A stretch of 42,271 nt of DNA from Candidatus Aenigmatarchaeota archaeon (lineage in GTDB: Archaea; Aenigmatarchaeota; Aenigmatarchaeia; QMZP01; JACQNV01), in contig JACQNV010000010.1 in the NCBI GenBank assembly GCA_016202865.1, forward strand, positions 1-42,271. Reading direction: 5' to 3'. The first letter of the stretch is position 1, and each line of letters begins with the position of its first letter. The notes under the pieces were generated by a model, which saw only the letters and a program-made list of their open reading frames with translations, was not told the origin of the DNA and did not search any database. Positions 15,969 through 24,570 of the stretch are shown piece by piece. The position numbers were made by a program, and so were the translations under genes.

Positions 15969-16495
15969 TCAACGATTTGCGCTTTCTCCTCTTTGTGTAA
16001 TCCTTAAAAGATCTGATTCTGGATCGTAATAAACATCTCTCTCAAGTCCAGCTACGAATTCAGTATAACGGGCTTCCTGAATACTAATTCCGTGTTTTTC
16101 CAAACCGCTAATTATTTCTCTAAGATCTGGTTCCCATCCTGCATTGATAGTAGCCTTTGACATTCTTAAATAAAAACCATGTATTCTGGCCTCCTCAACT
16201 AATCTATCTACGACATTTCCAGTGCATATTTGATTAAAGTTGGTGGGCCCATATTCGCCATTGAAAGAATGCGCAAGCAAAGCCTCATCTCCATAATCCA
16301 AAATTACAGCGCTGCAAGAAGAGAAGCGTTTTGATGTCAATGGGCCTCTGTTGTAGCCAATTTCTCCCCAACCAACATCAACTGTTTGGGGGGGGGGGTA
16401 TGTGTATGTTCAAGTTCGTCACGCAAAGAGTGGCTTGGAGCAACTAACCCGTAGACCAATCCTAAACCTAAAACAAATGCTCTTAAAAGTTTCAT
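15969..16495 (-). pseudogene. Secreted hypothetical protein (about 175 aa if intact) split by a frameshift at a C11 (minus-strand) homopolymer
   Basis: The ATG at 16495 opens MKLLRAFVLGLGLVYGLVAPSHSLRDELEHTHTPPP.. (signal-peptide-like). This runs out of frame after the tract and stops at 16337-16339. The downstream frame (track ORF 15969..16340) is open back to 16409 and reads ..PPPQTVDVGWGEIGYNRGPLTSKRF... One extra C (12) or two fewer (9) would fuse the two frames. Confidence 0.6.
16388..16398. repeat. G11/C11 homopolymer tract
   Basis: I counted it directly: ctgttt-ggggggggggg-tatg. It is the longest homopolymer I noticed in the window, and it sits at the frame break of the gene above. 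Confidence 0.95.
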
Positions 16496-16516
16496 CTTTA
16501 AAATTGATAGTCAAAC

Positions 16517-17290
16517 TTATAACCACTTCTTGAACCAACCCAAAACAAGCTTTAACATTTCTTCCATTGCTTCTTTCCCCTCATATCCATGCTGTGTGTT
16601 TTTGATAATGTGAAGCTCCTTAGGCTGGTTTGCCAAATCAAAATAATCATCAATTTTCCTGCCGACCAAATCATCTTTCTCACCGTGGATTAACATTACT
16701 GGCACATGTATATTCTTGATGATTTCGGGGAAATTATAATTGTCAAAATCCTTCCAAAATTGCGGGCCGATTTTGACAGGTGGCTCGTCCTCATGTTTTA
16801 GGATAGAAATTCCATCTGGATTATAACCACCCCTATACTTTACTATTTTTGCAATCTCAACTCTTGGGTTTTTACAGGAACTCAGCAAAGTAATAGCCTT
16901 TATATTATGGTCACCGCGTGCAACTGTAACAGCTGTTCCAAAAGACATACCAATAATGCCAACCCTTTTTGTGTCGACAAATGGAAGCTTCCTCAGAATT
17001 TCGAGGGCAGAATTCAAATCAGAAACATGACTTGTCAAAGTTGATTTGGAAAAGTCGCCTTCGCTCTCGCCGCACCCAGTGAAGTCAAATTGCAAAGTCA
17101 CAAAACCGTTTTCACAAAGCGTTTTTGCAAGCACATCAAACATGTTTACATTGTCCTCATTTGTCTCATGCATGTGGTAGCCAAAACCGTGGGCTAGAAT
17201 TATGGCTGGAAATTTAGATTTACCAGGAGGAATATTCAAAATTCCAGCTAACTTTTCTCCTTTAGAATTATTGAACTGGATTTTGTGCAT
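16517..17290 (-). CDS. Alpha/beta-fold hydrolase, paralogue of 15117..15932, 257 aa
   Basis: GMSFGT nucleophile elbow, HGEKDDLV and NTQHGY motifs. The N-terminus MHKIQFNNSKGEKLAGIL parallels MPEQKIIFKNSKGQKLVGIL. It overlaps the upstream gene's 3' end by 23 nt. Confidence 0.85.
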   Translation of the reverse strand: MHKIQFNNSKGEKLAGILNIPPGKSKFPAIILAHGFGYHMHETNEDNVNMFDVLAKTLCENGFVTLQFDFTGCGESEGDFSKSTLTSHVSDLNSALEILRKLPFVDTKRVGIIGMSFGTAVTVARGDHNIKAITLLSSCKNPRVEIAKIVKYRGGYNPDGISILKHEDEPPVKIGPQFWKDFDNYNFPEIIKNIHVPVMLIHGEKDDLVGRKIDDYFDLANQPKELHIIKNTQHGYEGKEAMEEMLKLVLGWFKKWL

Positions 17291-18083
17291 CTAGAGCCTC
17301 TGGTACTGTGAATTCTGGTTGTTTAATTGAAGCAGTATTCCTAAACTCGCCATTTTCATAAATAACAAGTGACTTAAAATCTATGTCGTGTTGTGCAAGA
17401 ACCTCCCTACCATGGTATGTCTCTCCCCTCCAATTAATCAGCTCAACTACACATGCAAGACCAACTGTTTGTATACCCAATTCATCTAACATCTCGGCAG
17501 TAGCTAATGCCTTTTTACCGTCCTCTACAAAACCATCAACCAAAAGAGCTCTCGGCCTCTCTGCTTCTTTAATCAGTTCCACATGCCTATCGTTTACAGC
17601 TAGCTCACCTCCCCTTAAAGGGACTCCTGAATATATCTCAGCTCTTCTTCTGGCAGCTATTGGCTCATAGTCTTCATGCAACCATCTAGTTAATTCTCTT
17701 TCTATTTGAAGATGTTTCCTGCTTACCCTCCCACTAGCTGTCTTAGTTCCGTCTGGTTGAATAGGCTCTTGTATATACAAGCCTATTTCAAATTCACTCT
17801 GATCAAGTTTCGTACCTTTTTCTATGTAAATACATGATATGTCAAAATCTGAAAAATCAGCCAAGCTCCCCCCTAACTTGTGACCTTTGTTTGGAAGAGC
17901 AACAACAACATCAAAAATAGGTTTGCCGTTGTCTGTCCAATCAGAAGACATGCAAGTAAGAGCCATCCGCCTTACTGGACCATAAAAAAGGAGGCGCTCT
18001 ATAAACACATAGGGTCTTCCATCCTTCACACCAAGCTTAACATATCTCTTAAAATCAGTCAGGCTGTGTGGTTCTGATTGCAT
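17268..18083 (-). CDS. Divergent type I phosphoribosyltransferase-fold protein with a degenerate PRPP loop (about 271 aa)
   Basis: ALLVDGFVEDGKKALATAEML sits where PRTases have hhhhDD..TGGT. VVVALPNKGHKLGG resembles the PPi-loop region. The ATG at 18083 (MQSEPHSL) lies 8 nt after the apt stop; the track ORF starts at TTG 18095. Confidence 0.55.
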   Translation of the reverse strand: MQSEPHSLTDFKRYVKLGVKDGRPYVFIERLLFYGPVRRMALTCMSSDWTDNGKPIFDVVVALPNKGHKLGGSLADFSDFDISCIYIEKGTKLDQSEFEIGLYIQEPIQPDGTKTASGRVSRKHLQIERELTRWLHEDYEPIAARRRAEIYSGVPLRGGELAVNDRHVELIKEAERPRALLVDGFVEDGKKALATAEMLDELGIQTVGLACVVELINWRGETYHGREVLAQHDIDFKSLVIYENGEFRNTASIKQPEFTVPEALDAQNPVQ

Positions 18084-18091
18084 ATAAAAAA

Positions 18092-18700
18092 TCAAAATTG
18101 CAGAAGCGATTTGACAAGATCCATGCCGCCATGATGTTCCATCAATCTTTCTCTTGCATTCATGCCATCATTCGCCCTTGCTCCAGGTAACTCTATAAGA
18201 AAGGTATAACAGGCAACAACACCGCCTTCATATTCTATTGCCCTTGCTGCAGCTTCTGCTGTGCCTCCGGTTGCCGCAACATCATCAACAACACCCACCT
18301 TTTCACCTTTTTGTATGCGGCCTCTATGTATTTGTAGCGCATCTCTTCCATACTCCAAACCGTAATATACAGTCACAAGCCTTTCTGTCACAACAAGTCG
18401 GCCATCTTCAGATCTGTGAACAATAGGATCATGCGGGGGAACTGGAAGCTTTCCAGCCTTCCTAACCTTCACTATGGGCAAGCCGTTGCCTGCTCCTGTA
18501 CCATAAATAAATCCTCTAGAATCAATGGCTGCGATTTTATCTACACCAGCTTCGTCCAAATGACCTCTCATTAAGTTAAAGGCATAAGTCCTTATTCTTG
18601 GACTTTCTAGTAGTCTCGCATCGTCTCTAAACATGATGCCTGGTTTTGGAAAATCAGGAACTGTATCTATATACGCACGCAAATTAAACATCTCATCCAT
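18092..18700 (-). CDS. apt: Adenine phosphoribosyltransferase
   Basis: Hallmark motifs DFPKPGIMFRD, IAAIDSRGFIYG and KVGVVDDVAATGGTAEAA. 202 aa. Confidence 0.9.
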   Translation of the reverse strand: MDEMFNLRAYIDTVPDFPKPGIMFRDDARLLESPRIRTYAFNLMRGHLDEAGVDKIAAIDSRGFIYGTGAGNGLPIVKVRKAGKLPVPPHDPIVHRSEDGRLVVTERLVTVYYGLEYGRDALQIHRGRIQKGEKVGVVDDVAATGGTAEAAARAIEYEGGVVACYTFLIELPGARANDGMNARERLMEHHGGMDLVKSLLQF

Positions 18701-18772
18701 AAGCTACCCCCAATTTTTGAACAAACAATAATTAGAGCTAAATAATTTAAGCTTTAGTATATGAGGGAGTGG

Positions 18773-18793
18773 GTGAGAACCGTAGGTTTTCAC
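18773..18793 (+). repeat. Intergenic hairpin with core AACCGTAGGTTTT (copy 2 of 2)
   Basis: GTGAGAACC-GTA-GGTTTTCAC forms a 9-bp stem including one G-T. The core at 18778-18790 is identical to 7627-7639. Confidence 0.3.
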
Positions 18794-18802
18794 AATTTAA
18801 AC

Positions 18803-19576
18803 CTATTGTGTATCTTCAGAACCGGCTTTTGGCGAACTATCAGGAAGCTTGAAATTCAGCGGTTTCAAAGATTTGTCTGGAAGTCTTTCATAGTCCATAA
18901 GTGAGAGAAGCCGTGTTCTTGTGTGTTTCTTCTCAAACTCCGCTCTACCATCTTGTATAGAGACAACTGTTGCCGCACCGTTCACAATACCGCCTTGTGA
19001 TTCGACTAAATCAACGCAAGTAGAAAGCTGTTTATATGTCTCTGCCCAATCGTCCAGTAAAATAACATTTTTTGGTGGTTCTTCAATTATGCCTTTTTGT
19101 ATGGCGAGAACTTTATACTCTGGAACCTGAGATCCGTTAGGGCCCTGCAAAAATCTCCCAGTTGGATAGCATCGATTTACAAAATCTCCAGGAATCTCAT
19201 CACCTTCTCTGTATTTCATTATCCTTATGTGACCCTTGTTTCTTTTGTGGCCTCTCAAATTTTCCCAATGCCATGCTTCTGTAGGAGTAAGCTTCATAAT
19301 CAGGGCTCCACAAAGTACACCTGCTCCAGATTCTGGACCGCCAATATAATCGACACAACTAGAGTCATCATCCTGAAACGATCCTGCAAGCCAATCAACT
19401 AAACCTTGCAATATACCACCATTACCAAAAGCAGCTCTTAATCCAATTAAACTATCCCCATTTGTTGAATGTTTCTCAATGTAACGATGAATTGCATACC
19501 TGAGACCATCATATTCCGGGCCACCATGATTTAAAATCCTCGTCCCTAAAGATCGTGCTTGAATAGCATCCCCCAT
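18803..19576 (-). CDS. Divergent type I phosphoribosyltransferase-fold protein with a degenerate PRPP loop, 257 aa
   Basis: NVILLDDWAETYKQLSTCVDL keeps the hydrophobic strand and DD but lacks TGGT. YIGGPESGAGVLCG resembles the I.G.ESRG PPi loop. There is a long insertion between the two. Confidence 0.55.
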   Translation of the reverse strand: MGDAIQARSLGTRILNHGGPEYDGLRYAIHRYIEKHSTNGDSLIGLRAAFGNGGILQGLVDWLAGSFQDDDSSCVDYIGGPESGAGVLCGALIMKLTPTEAWHWENLRGHKRNKGHIRIMKYREGDEIPGDFVNRCYPTGRFLQGPNGSQVPEYKVLAIQKGIIEEPPKNVILLDDWAETYKQLSTCVDLVESQGGIVNGAATVVSIQDGRAEFEKKHTRTRLLSLMDYERLPDKSLKPLNFKLPDSSPKAGSEDTQ

Positions 19577-19600
19577 ATTAAATTATGGCAGAAGAAAAAT

Positions 19601-20350
19601 TTAAACCTTTATTTTAGGAATAACATTCACCAATAGTTGCTTGACCTTCTCCGCGTTCTCATGAAAAACTTTTAATATTGCCTCCCAAGAAACAGATTCT
19701 TCACCTTCTCTCCAGCAATCATAATCCGTGCTCATTGCGACTGCAGCATAAGGCACACCGGCTTCATTTGCTAATGTAGCTTCAGGTGCAATTGACATGT
19801 TGATCAAGTCGGCGCCCCAGAGCCTGAACATTTTACTCTCGGCCTTTGTTGAAAATCTCGGCCCTTCGATTGTGATCACAGTCCCCTTCTCGTGGATTTT
19901 GTAGCCAAGCTCCTTACCTGTTTTTGTCAAAATTTCTCTCAATTTTTTGTCGAAAGGCTCGGCCATTGGTGTGTGTTTTGGTCCGTCATTGAAATTGTCA
20001 TGAAAAGTAATGCTTCTGTGTCTTGTGAAATCTATAAATTGGTCCAAGACAACAAGATCTCCCCTACCTATTTCTTCGCGCAGGCTGCCGCATGCTGTGG
20101 TTGCAATTATGTGTGTGCATCCCTCCTGTTTTAGCGCCCAGATATTTGCGCGGTAATTGACTTGTGTCGGTGTGATTGTGTGGCCTTTGCCATGTCTAGC
20201 CAAAATAACAACATCAACACCGTCAATTTTTCCAGCAGTCAAAACAGAAGAAGGCTTTCCATATTGTGTATCAACTTCCTTTTCCTTCGCATCTTTCATT
20301 ATTTTTGGATCGTCCAAACCAGAGCCGCCGATAATACCAATCTTTACCAT
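19601..20350 (-). CDS. mtnP: 5'-methylthioadenosine / purine nucleoside phosphorylase (MTAP family)
   Basis: [10 protein letters not shown], ..YGKPS.., [41 protein letters not shown]. 249 aa. Confidence 0.85.
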   Translation of the reverse strand: MVKIGIIGGSGLDDPKIMKDAKEKEVDTQYGKPSSVLTAGKIDGVDVVILARHGKGHTITPTQVNYRANIWALKQEGCTHIIATTACGSLREEIGRGDLVVLDQFIDFTRHRSITFHDNFNDGPKHTPMAEPFDKKLREILTKTGKELGYKIHEKGTVITIEGPRFSTKAESKMFRLWGADLINMSIAPEATLANEAGVPYAAVAMSTDYDCWREGEESVSWEAILKVFHENAEKVKQLLVNVIPKIKV

Positions 20351-20379
20351 AGAAAGAATTAGCTGGTAGAAATAAAAGC

Positions 20380-20676
20380 TTATTTCCTTCTTCTACCTTC
20401 TTTGCTGTGCGGTTTGTTCTTGTGCACTTTCTTGATGTGAAGAGAATACCAGATTTCTATTGCTATTATTGCGACAATTATTCCGTTCAGGTAGATGAAA
20501 ACAGCATCATTGATTAAAAAACTGTAGACAAAAAGAAGGGAAACGCCAACAAAGTGATTAATCGAAAATCTCAAGTCAATCAAACTCTTGTGTCTTCTGA
20601 CAGCTTCAACAGTCTCAAATGCCCAGCCAATAATTAAAACCACTGCGCCAATTAGGCCGATTAACAGTTCCATCAT
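20380..20676 (-). CDS. Hypothetical small membrane protein (3 predicted TM helices, basic tail)
   Basis: ORF of 98 aa with hydrophobic segments [31 protein letters not shown] and [15 protein letters not shown] recognise no family. Confidence 0.55.
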   Translation of the reverse strand: MMELLIGLIGAVVLIIGWAFETVEAVRRHKSLIDLRFSINHFVGVSLLFVYSFLINDAVFIYLNGIIVAIIAIEIWYSLHIKKVHKNKPHSKEGRRRK

Positions 20677-20694
20677 ACATTATATTATGCGCTT

Positions 20695-20886
20695 CTAAAA
20701 TAAGTCATTCTCTTCTGGAATTTTGCTCACCGCGCGGAAGACAGACTCTTTACCAAAGCCTTTTCTCGATAAGCTTGCAAGGTTTTCATCAGAATCCAGG
20801 TCAACACCAGAAGATAAAATAGATTTTATTATTCTCCCATCTTTTCTTCCAAGATCCGCCACCTGCAACTCATCGTTGAAAAACAT
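20695..20886 (-). CDS. Hypothetical small protein (63 aa from ATG)
   Basis: ORF only. The track start at 20898 is TTG; the first ATG is at 20886 (MFFNDELQV..). Confidence 0.3.
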   Translation of the reverse strand: MFFNDELQVADLGRKDGRIIKSILSSGVDLDSDENLASLSRKGFGKESVFRAVSKIPEENDLF

Positions 20887-20915
20887 ACCAATCACCAAAA
20901 TCCCCTAAACATATT

Positions 20916-21077
20916 TTATAGGCCAACAAGGCTCCTATACTCTTTGCTGATGGCCCCTCTTTTTATGTCCCTGTATTCAACGGCTGTTAGTTCTCCGTGT
21001 AGATATTTTCTAAATGCAATTCCAACTTCATCCTTAAAGCAAAACGGTTCTAATATTTCCACAATTCTTCCAGCCAT
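20916..21077 (-). CDS. Hypothetical small protein, 53 aa (below the ORF-track cutoff)
   Basis: My own translation is MAGRIVEILEPFCFKDEVGIAFRKYLHGELTAVEYRDIKRGAISKEYRSLVGL*. It fills an otherwise empty 185-nt gap in a same-strand gene string. Confidence 0.3.
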   Translation of the reverse strand: MAGRIVEILEPFCFKDEVGIAFRKYLHGELTAVEYRDIKRGAISKEYRSLVGL

Positions 21078-21083
21078 ACAACC

Positions 21084-21395
21084 TCACTTAATGTATCTTT
21101 TCATTTCAGTTTGAATATTTTCTTCTGTCGGTAACACCCCTACATTAGCAAGTCTCATAATTGCTAAGCCTCTTGGTAAACACTTATTTCCATACTCTTT
21201 TAACAGTCTTCCGGAGTTCCAGAATGTCGGTTCTTCATCTATCTTTCCATGTTCGTATAATCCAATTGCGCGGGCCTGTTTGCACCTTCTAGTTATGTAA
21301 AACATGCCTCCAAAAACAGTTGCTAGAAGACCTGTTGCTGCAACATCCACATAATTCCAGCCGTTTATTGTTCCTTCCAAAACATTCCAATCCAT
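21084..21395 (-). CDS. Hypothetical protein with one TM helix (about 103 aa)
   Basis: ORF directly downstream (1-nt gap) of the glutaredoxin gene. The ATG at 21395 gives MDWNVLEG... TM VDVAATGLLATVFGGMFYI. Confidence 0.5.
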   Translation of the reverse strand: MDWNVLEGTINGWNYVDVAATGLLATVFGGMFYITRRCKQARAIGLYEHGKIDEEPTFWNSGRLLKEYGNKCLPRGLAIMRLANVGVLPTEENIQTEMKRYIK

Positions 21396-21405
21396 AATCT
21401 GCAAC

Positions 21406-21642
21406 TCACTTAATATTCAAAGCCTGCTTCAAAGCTTTCTCGTTGAACCCGACAATTATTTTTCCGTCAACATCAATTACAGGCACGCCCATCTGGCCTG
21501 ATTTTTCAACAACTTCATTTGCCTTTTCAGGATGCTCTTGCACATTAACCTCTGTGAATTTGACATTGTGTTCTTTCAAAAAATCCATTGCCTTGTGGCA
21601 CCATGGACATGTAGATGTGCTGTAAACCAAAACATTTGCCAT
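21406..21642 (-). CDS. Glutaredoxin-like protein (NrdH/YruB-type, CPWC active site)
   Basis: 78 aa with VLVYSTSTCPWCHKAMDFL and ..GVPVIDVDGKIIVGFN.., typical of a glutaredoxin fold. Confidence 0.85.
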   Translation of the reverse strand: MANVLVYSTSTCPWCHKAMDFLKEHNVKFTEVNVQEHPEKANEVVEKSGQMGVPVIDVDGKIIVGFNEKALKQALNIK

Positions 21643-21665
21643 ATCTTAAAATATAGAATTGGGAT

Positions 21666-22259
21666 TTATATTGCTTCCTGGCCTTCGAACCAGAGCGGTC
21701 TTCTTGGCAAGCCATATGTTTTGACAAAAGTTTCGATGAGTCTGTAAAACAAAATTTCTGGTATTTCTATTGCTGTCCTTAAAGATTCGCCTTTATAGCC
21801 CGCTTGTTCGAGCGCATCTTGATATATGGCCTGTTCCTGATCTATCCTCGATCTGAAAAGCTTCTGATCCTCTTCAAGCACCGCAAGCGCGTCTTGTGGT
21901 TTCGCAATTCCTTGCCAAGCCTCGATCCTTTGTCTCATCCTTTGCGCTTCCATTGTATATTTGTCTCGAAGAGTTGGGTCTGTTGTCTGAGCTATCCATG
22001 TATCGTATGTCTCCAACTGCCTTGTGAAAAACTCGATAAACTTGGCCGTTACTTTATTCAAGTATATTTGAAGAGATGCCTTTTTATCGGCTGCTGTGAC
22101 TACATCACGCCTAATAGAAAGTATTTCCTGCTCTTTTCTCAATCTCTGCAAAGCCCACTCTAGAGACCCCTTATCTTCATCTAAAACTATTGGGATTAGT
22201 TCCTCTGCAACTTGTATATAGTGTTCGTTCATCCGCCTCCTTGTAGCTAAAGTGTCCAT
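21666..22259 (-). CDS. Hypothetical helical protein, 197 aa
   Basis: Clean ATG ORF with protein-like, helix-rich composition. I recognise no family. Confidence 0.6.
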   Translation of the reverse strand: MDTLATRRRMNEHYIQVAEELIPIVLDEDKGSLEWALQRLRKEQEILSIRRDVVTAADKKASLQIYLNKVTAKFIEFFTRQLETYDTWIAQTTDPTLRDKYTMEAQRMRQRIEAWQGIAKPQDALAVLEEDQKLFRSRIDQEQAIYQDALEQAGYKGESLRTAIEIPEILFYRLIETFVKTYGLPRRPLWFEGQEAI

Positions 22260-22303
22260 AAAGTTTCTGGAAGTGTTGATTTATAAATTGTTACTATACG
22301 CCA

Positions 22304-22579
22304 ATGTTCACACCGGTTATTATAGGTGGCCAACCAATATATATTATGGTAGCAAAAGCATCAGCAAACCAGAGACCACAACATTTGCCAGCATGTAGAG
22401 GAGTCAAGGCTGTGTTTGGTTTATTGGTTTTAATAGTTGGTCTGTATGCAGTTGCTGGCGATCTAGGAGCTCTAGGATCCAAGATACCTGTAAGCCCATG
22501 GTGGCTATTGGTTGTTATAGTGGGTCTGTTCTGGCTCTTGAAGTCGGCAGCAGGCGGCAAGTGTCCGGCATGTAGATAA
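22304..22579 (+). CDS. Hypothetical small membrane protein with 2 TM helices and a C-terminal CPAC motif
   Basis: AVFGLLVLIVGLYAVAG and WWLLVVIVGLFWLL helices; ends GGKCPACR. I prefer it over the antisense ORF 22294..22560, whose translation is Pro/Thr-rich and not protein-like. The start is uncertain (22304, or the Met at MVAKAS). Confidence 0.5.
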   Translation: MFTPVIIGGQPIYIMVAKASANQRPQHLPACRGVKAVFGLLVLIVGLYAVAGDLGALGSKIPVSPWWLLVVIVGLFWLLKSAAGGKCPACR

Positions 22580-22580
22580 A

Positions 22581-23432
22581 TTATTTCTCTCTTTTTTCTT
22601 TACTTTTTTCGCTTTCTTGAGAAGTAGCGCTATCCAACTTTTTCCAGCCAATCATTTTAAGATATTCTTCCTCGGTTTCCACAACTTGAAATTCTCCATG
22701 TAAAACTTCAAAATACTCTTGGCGAGTAATTCTGCAGATGACTTCTCCATCTATCACTTCTGCGCGTATCAAATCACCTGGAGCCAACAATTTGCAATAT
22801 CCTCTAACACCTATTCTTCTAATCTGCCCACCCATATTTAATGTATAAATTGTGACAGGTTCATCAAAGTGCCCGACTGTGGTTTGCCCAGCTGTTTTGA
22901 TTTCCCCTTCTATGAAAACATTTTCAGCTTCCCCACCTCCTTTAGGTAATAATCCAAGGGCGGCTTCCATCTTTTCTTTTGTTGCTTTATCTTCTGCTTC
23001 CCACTTAGCCCTTCTAGCTTTCTTCGCCTCTTCCCATGCCTTTTTAGGATCTTCCACAACTTCTGGAGGAAACACTTTTCTGTGAATTCCGATTAATGTA
23101 GCTTCCATCGGATCAAAAACACCATTAAGCACATCATCTGGGATAACCAAGCCGCTGTTAGCCATGTCTCCAACTATCTGCGATTTGTATCCCATATTTC
23201 TGTCACTGTAAGCCTTGCCACTAAAATCCACTATTTTGCGTTTGTATTGGATTGGTGATTTGGCTGTTGGTTTTGTTCCCCCCTGTTCTCCTATTTCATA
23301 GACAGAAAACATAGCGCGCCCTTCTATTGATGAGCCATCAAAAACACATTCCTGAAAACTGCCAATATATCTATTGCCGCCGGCATCATACCTACTCACT
23401 AGAACTTTTGGAAGCACGCGTTTGGTTTCCAT
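22581..23432 (-). CDS. Hypothetical protein with a central Lys/Glu-rich helix, 283 aa
   Basis: Clean ATG ORF. I recognise no family. Confidence 0.6.
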   Translation of the reverse strand: METKRVLPKVLVSRYDAGGNRYIGSFQECVFDGSSIEGRAMFSVYEIGEQGGTKPTAKSPIQYKRKIVDFSGKAYSDRNMGYKSQIVGDMANSGLVIPDDVLNGVFDPMEATLIGIHRKVFPPEVVEDPKKAWEEAKKARRAKWEAEDKATKEKMEAALGLLPKGGGEAENVFIEGEIKTAGQTTVGHFDEPVTIYTLNMGGQIRRIGVRGYCKLLAPGDLIRAEVIDGEVICRITRQEYFEVLHGEFQVVETEEEYLKMIGWKKLDSATSQESEKSKEKREK

Positions 23433-23513
23433 AAGATCTTTTTCAGATGTTAGGCTTTAATCCTTATCGAGCACTAGAAAATGCGCTTTTAAGGCTTACC
23501 CTCAATTACAATA

Positions 23514-24545
23514 ATGGTTTACAGTCACTATTGCGCTCCACTTGAGAGAAGGACAAATTATAGATGGTTGATGGCGCTTGCACGCAGAGCAATAGAAAGC
23601 GATGATATAAATCCAACTGTGAATGATGTGCTGGTGGGGGTTGTTGCGGTAGACAAAGCGTTCAAGGGAAGCCAGAAAGATGAAGCTCTTGACATGGCAT
23701 CAGAAGCCGGAAAGAGAGTTGGCCCCCTGTTCAAACCTGAGGCCAGAAGGGTTTTCAAGATGTATGGTGTTGATCGAAGAGTTGCTGCTGCCTTTGAGGA
23801 AACAGCATATAGAGCCTCTGCAGGTAGGCTTAGATATTCAAGAGAAGATGATCATGCGCTGTTTCTTTATAGTAAAGATGTGGAGCATACTAAATATGCA
23901 ACTGAGTTCGCAGAGTTTTTGCATTGCGAGCTTGGCTTTGGTTTCAGAAATATAGTTACAGCAAGAGAATTGACAGGCGACGAAGATCCAATAGAAGGTG
24001 TTCGCGCTTTTACACGATCTGCACAAGAAATTCTAAAAAGAGCAGGCATGTTCGGGAATGTTGTGGTATATTATAGCGGGATGACAGGTATTGATCCTTT
24101 GAATCAGGAAATTGGCGGTTTTGTTTTTGCAAACCATTTAATTCCGTACAAAGTTTGGGCAGCCCCGCTTGTCGGGCATGATGGAAATATAGTTTTTGTC
24201 AACGATACATCGTTTGCAGCTTCAGCTAATATAACATTTAGGGATCTTGGTTTGTTGCCTGAGAGAGCGATGGTATTGTCTGCTTGTGGTATCGATGAAG
24301 CAGGAGTAAGAAATCTTTTTTCGAGATCAGTTATGAGGCAATATGGAGATCAGCTGGTATATCGCCCCACACAAATTCAACTAGAACACAGAGTTGCTAC
24401 GGTTGAAGCTGCACCGTGGGGAGGCCAATCGTTCAAAGTTAGTCTGCCAAAAGAGCTTCGGACTGTTTTGCACAGACAAACCCCAAAAAAGACAGGAGCT
24501 GATTTTGATTATTTACTGATGAAATATCCAATGAATGGGTTGTAA
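23514..24545 (+). CDS. Hypothetical protein, 343 aa (the C-terminal half weakly recalls a caspase-like fold with substituted catalytic residues)
   Basis: Clean ATG ORF. VVVYYSGMTG followed about 40 aa later by IVFVNDTSFAAS loosely resembles the hhhSGHG ... hhhDxCxSG layout, with His replaced by Met and Cys by Ser. This is weak, by-eye recognition only. Confidence 0.6.
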   Translation: MVYSHYCAPLERRTNYRWLMALARRAIESDDINPTVNDVLVGVVAVDKAFKGSQKDEALDMASEAGKRVGPLFKPEARRVFKMYGVDRRVAAAFEETAYRASAGRLRYSREDDHALFLYSKDVEHTKYATEFAEFLHCELGFGFRNIVTARELTGDEDPIEGVRAFTRSAQEILKRAGMFGNVVVYYSGMTGIDPLNQEIGGFVFANHLIPYKVWAAPLVGHDGNIVFVNDTSFAASANITFRDLGLLPERAMVLSACGIDEAGVRNLFSRSVMRQYGDQLVYRPTQIQLEHRVATVEAAPWGGQSFKVSLPKELRTVLHRQTPKKTGADFDYLLMKYPMNGL

Positions 24546-24570
24546 AATGCGATATATTATTTTGTAAGTA

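Noticed and set aside
22294-22560. An 88-aa minus-strand ORF overlapping 22304..22579.
   Set aside because: Its translation is Pro/Thr/Ala-rich without structure-like features. The plus-strand reading gives two clean TM helices and a CxxC end.
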